From the NCBI GenBank assembly GCA_035221665.1, contig CM069147.1, positions 1,302,001 to 1,366,000 on the forward strand: 64,000 nucleotides of DNA, read 5' to 3'. This document shows positions 61,758-64,000 of the stretch, in pieces. The notes under the pieces are model-generated. The model was not told where the DNA came from and made no database searches. It saw only the letters and a program-made list of their open reading frames with translations. A program made the position numbers and the translations under genes. The stretch comes from Okamejei kenojei (Eukaryota). The number at the start of each line of letters is the position of its first letter. Within the stretch, counting starts at the first letter, position 1.

Positions 61758-61878
61758 TCAGAAGAAGGGTCTCGACCTGAAATGTCACCCATTCCTTCTT
61801 TCCAGAGATGCTGCCTGTCCCACCGAGTTACTCCAGCTTTTTCTGTTTAAACCAGCATCTGCAGTTCCTTCCTACACA
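61758..61878 (+). mobile_element. Penelope-like hammerhead element, complete single copy with a mutated core
   Basis: cagaagaagggtctcgacctgaaatgtcacc...cagcatctgcagttccttcctacac. Confidence 0.75.
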
Positions 61879-62872
61879 ATATTATTTTGTTATGTTTAAC
61901 CAGCTGAGAGTAATATTGTACTGCTGCAGGCTGCAACACTTTGGCTGCAAGGTAAGAATTATACAGCTGTGCGATTCATTGCAGTTTTGTGAGTTTGATC
62001 ATGTAATGGCCAGATCTTCAACATGTATCAGAGGTATGGTCTGTGTGCAAGTGGATGGGAATGGTGGATGGAGTTATCCTCTGTCAATCTTTTACCAACG
62101 ATTCATGGGAACATTCGGAATGGTTCTGCCTGCATTGGCTTCGATTCCATCGTCTTTGTTAATGCTCTAATTATGTAAATATCAGCATCTCCAGACTCCA
62201 CATTGCGAAGTGAGAGAGAATACCTTCCAAGCAACTTTATACAGACAGATTATGTCAGTGATCAATCATTTTTGTTTTCACCTGTTTTTCTTTGTTGAGG
62301 AAAAGCTATTGCAAATTAAAAACAATTGTAACAATGTCTTTATTTTATGTAATATTTGTGAACAAGACAATGTCTGTTAATATCTGAATGCCTTTCCCCT
62401 GTAAGGCCGCCCCACTCCAGAAGGTACCAGTTTCAAAGCCACTGATTGTCCTGAATACTTCACACAACTTGAGGCCGTGTTTGTTCACCTACTCGTAGCT
62501 CCAACGGTGGGAGAGTTTGTAGTCCCTGCCCAATCTGTGGTGCGACTGTAAAAGCACTGACGTTGCCCCATCCTCTACCAGCTCACAGGGTCTGTCTCAT
62601 TTGGCCCCGTACTGGGTCAAACCTTCATCAGCTGAGCCATCAAGAAGCAATGTTCAAAGACAGAACTTTGCCACTTAGTTTCTTGATGATTAATGGCGGG
62701 GCAGGGCGACCCAGCGTTGTGCGCTGGTGTCCGAGCCTGTGTGTCGCGGCAGCCTCCCCCCTGTGATCAGCCCCATGAGAAGCCAGTAGGACATCAGCAT
62801 CAGGCAGGTTGCTGAAAGGATGGTGGGCAGGAACTCTGCACCAAGGTTGCCAGCTTCACAGAGTCATATTTT

Positions 62873-63421
62873 AGTGCCTGTCCACATTTACCTGGGCAGG
62901 TAGTGCCTCTCCACAATTACCTGGGCAGGGAGTGCCTGTCCACATTTACCTGGGCAGGGAGTGCCTCTCCACATTTACCTGGGCAGGGAGTGCCTGTCCA
63001 CATTTACCTGGGCAGGGAGTGCCTCTCCACAATTACTCATGTGGCAGGGAGTGCCTGTCCACATTTACCTGGGCAGGTAGTGCCTGTCCACATTTACCTG
63101 GGCAGGGAGTGCCTGTCCACATTTACCTGGGCAGGGAGTGCCTCTCCACATTTACCTGGGCAGGGAGTGCCTGTCCACATTTACCTGGGCAGGTAGTGCC
63201 TGTCCACATTTACCTGGGCAGGGAGTGCCTGTCCACATTTACCTGGGCAGGGAGTGCCTCTCCACATTTACCTGGGCAGGGAGTGCCTGTCCACATTTAC
63301 CTGGGCAGGTAGTGCCTGTCCACATTTACCTGGGCAGGGAGTGCCTGTCCACATTTACCTGGGCAGGTAGTGCCTGTCCACATTTACCTGGGCAGGGAGT
63401 GCCTCTCCACAATTACTCATG
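62873..63421 (+). repeat. 29-bp minisatellite (agtgcctgtccacatttacctgggcaggg)n, about 19 units
   Basis: Direct tandem repeat with few variants (g/c, g/t, caattac). Confidence 0.95.
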
Positions 63422-63464
63422 TGACAGTGTGTGCAGGAAGGGCTGCAATAACCTCACCGGTGAT

Positions 63465-63762
63465 TTGTTTAGTTTAGCGATACAGCACGGAAACAGGCCC
63501 TTCGGCCCACCGAGTCCAGGCCGACCAGCGATCGCCCGTTCACACTAGTTCTATGTTATCCCACTTTCACATCCACTCCCCACACACTAGGGGCAATTTA
63601 CAGAGGGCCGATTAACCTACAATCCTGCACGTCTTTGGAGTGTGTGGGGAAACCGGAGCACCCGGAGGAAACCCACATGGTCCTGGGGAGAACGTACAAA
63701 CTCCACACAGACAGCGCTCAAGCATCGGGTCTCTGGAGCTGAGGGGTAGCAACTCTACCGCT
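63465..63762 (-). mobile_element. V-SINE (HE1-like)
   Basis: Tail gtttagtttagcgatacagcacggaaacaggcccttcggccc, V domain, head agcaactctaccgct. Confidence 0.85.
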
Positions 63763-64000
63763 CGGCCTGTGTTGTCCTTAATGGGGTAAGGATGTCTCAG
63801 GTTCACAGTCACTACCCCTTGTGGGGTCGACAATTATCCATCACCTACAAAGCACGACAAGTGATTGAATTATTAAAAAGACAATAGAATGTTCTGATAG
63901 GTGTGATTGTAATAATTTCCCTGTTATTTTTGTTTCATGTCATGTTACCATCTTGTTTGGGGGTGGGGTTGGTGACGGTGCTGTTGAAATGTGTGAGCAC

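Noticed and set aside
62903-63548. Repetitive ORFs (HIYLGRECLSTFTWAGSACPHLPGQ)
   Set aside because: Translation of the 29-bp minisatellite.

Overview
Repeat-rich, apparently non-genic vertebrate DNA. A cartilaginous fish such as a skate or ray is inferred from HE1-like V-SINEs that share a 3' tail with local CR1 LINEs. No host exon or host gene could be supported, and every recognisable ORF is transposon-derived or produced by a tandem repeat. Main contents: (1) a near-full-length decayed Rex1/Babar LINE (~402-3553, -); (2) a full-length L1 (14178-19959, -) with a 17-bp TSD and many homopolymer frameshifts; (3) a 5'-truncated CR1 with a 632-aa open RT frame (58077-59975, +); (4) many CR1 and Rex1 3' fragments and eight tRNA-derived V-SINEs; (5) a CpG-rich PIF/Harbinger-type MITE (41602-42105); (6) a short RTE-derived non-autonomous element (36549-36976); (7) several minisatellites and a 165-N gap. 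The most interesting signal is a ~130-bp Penelope-like family with over 20 copies that carries a minimal hammerhead-ribozyme motif (CTGAAGA-A-GGGTC..GACCC-GAAACGTC). It occurs as single copies, as palindromes, and as polarised arrays of an almost invariant 66-bp unit that keeps the GAAACGUC cleavage half but not the CUGANGA core. These young units appear attached to older, diverged copies of the family. All calls are by eye, no searches or folding were run, and the boundaries of decayed fragments are approximate.
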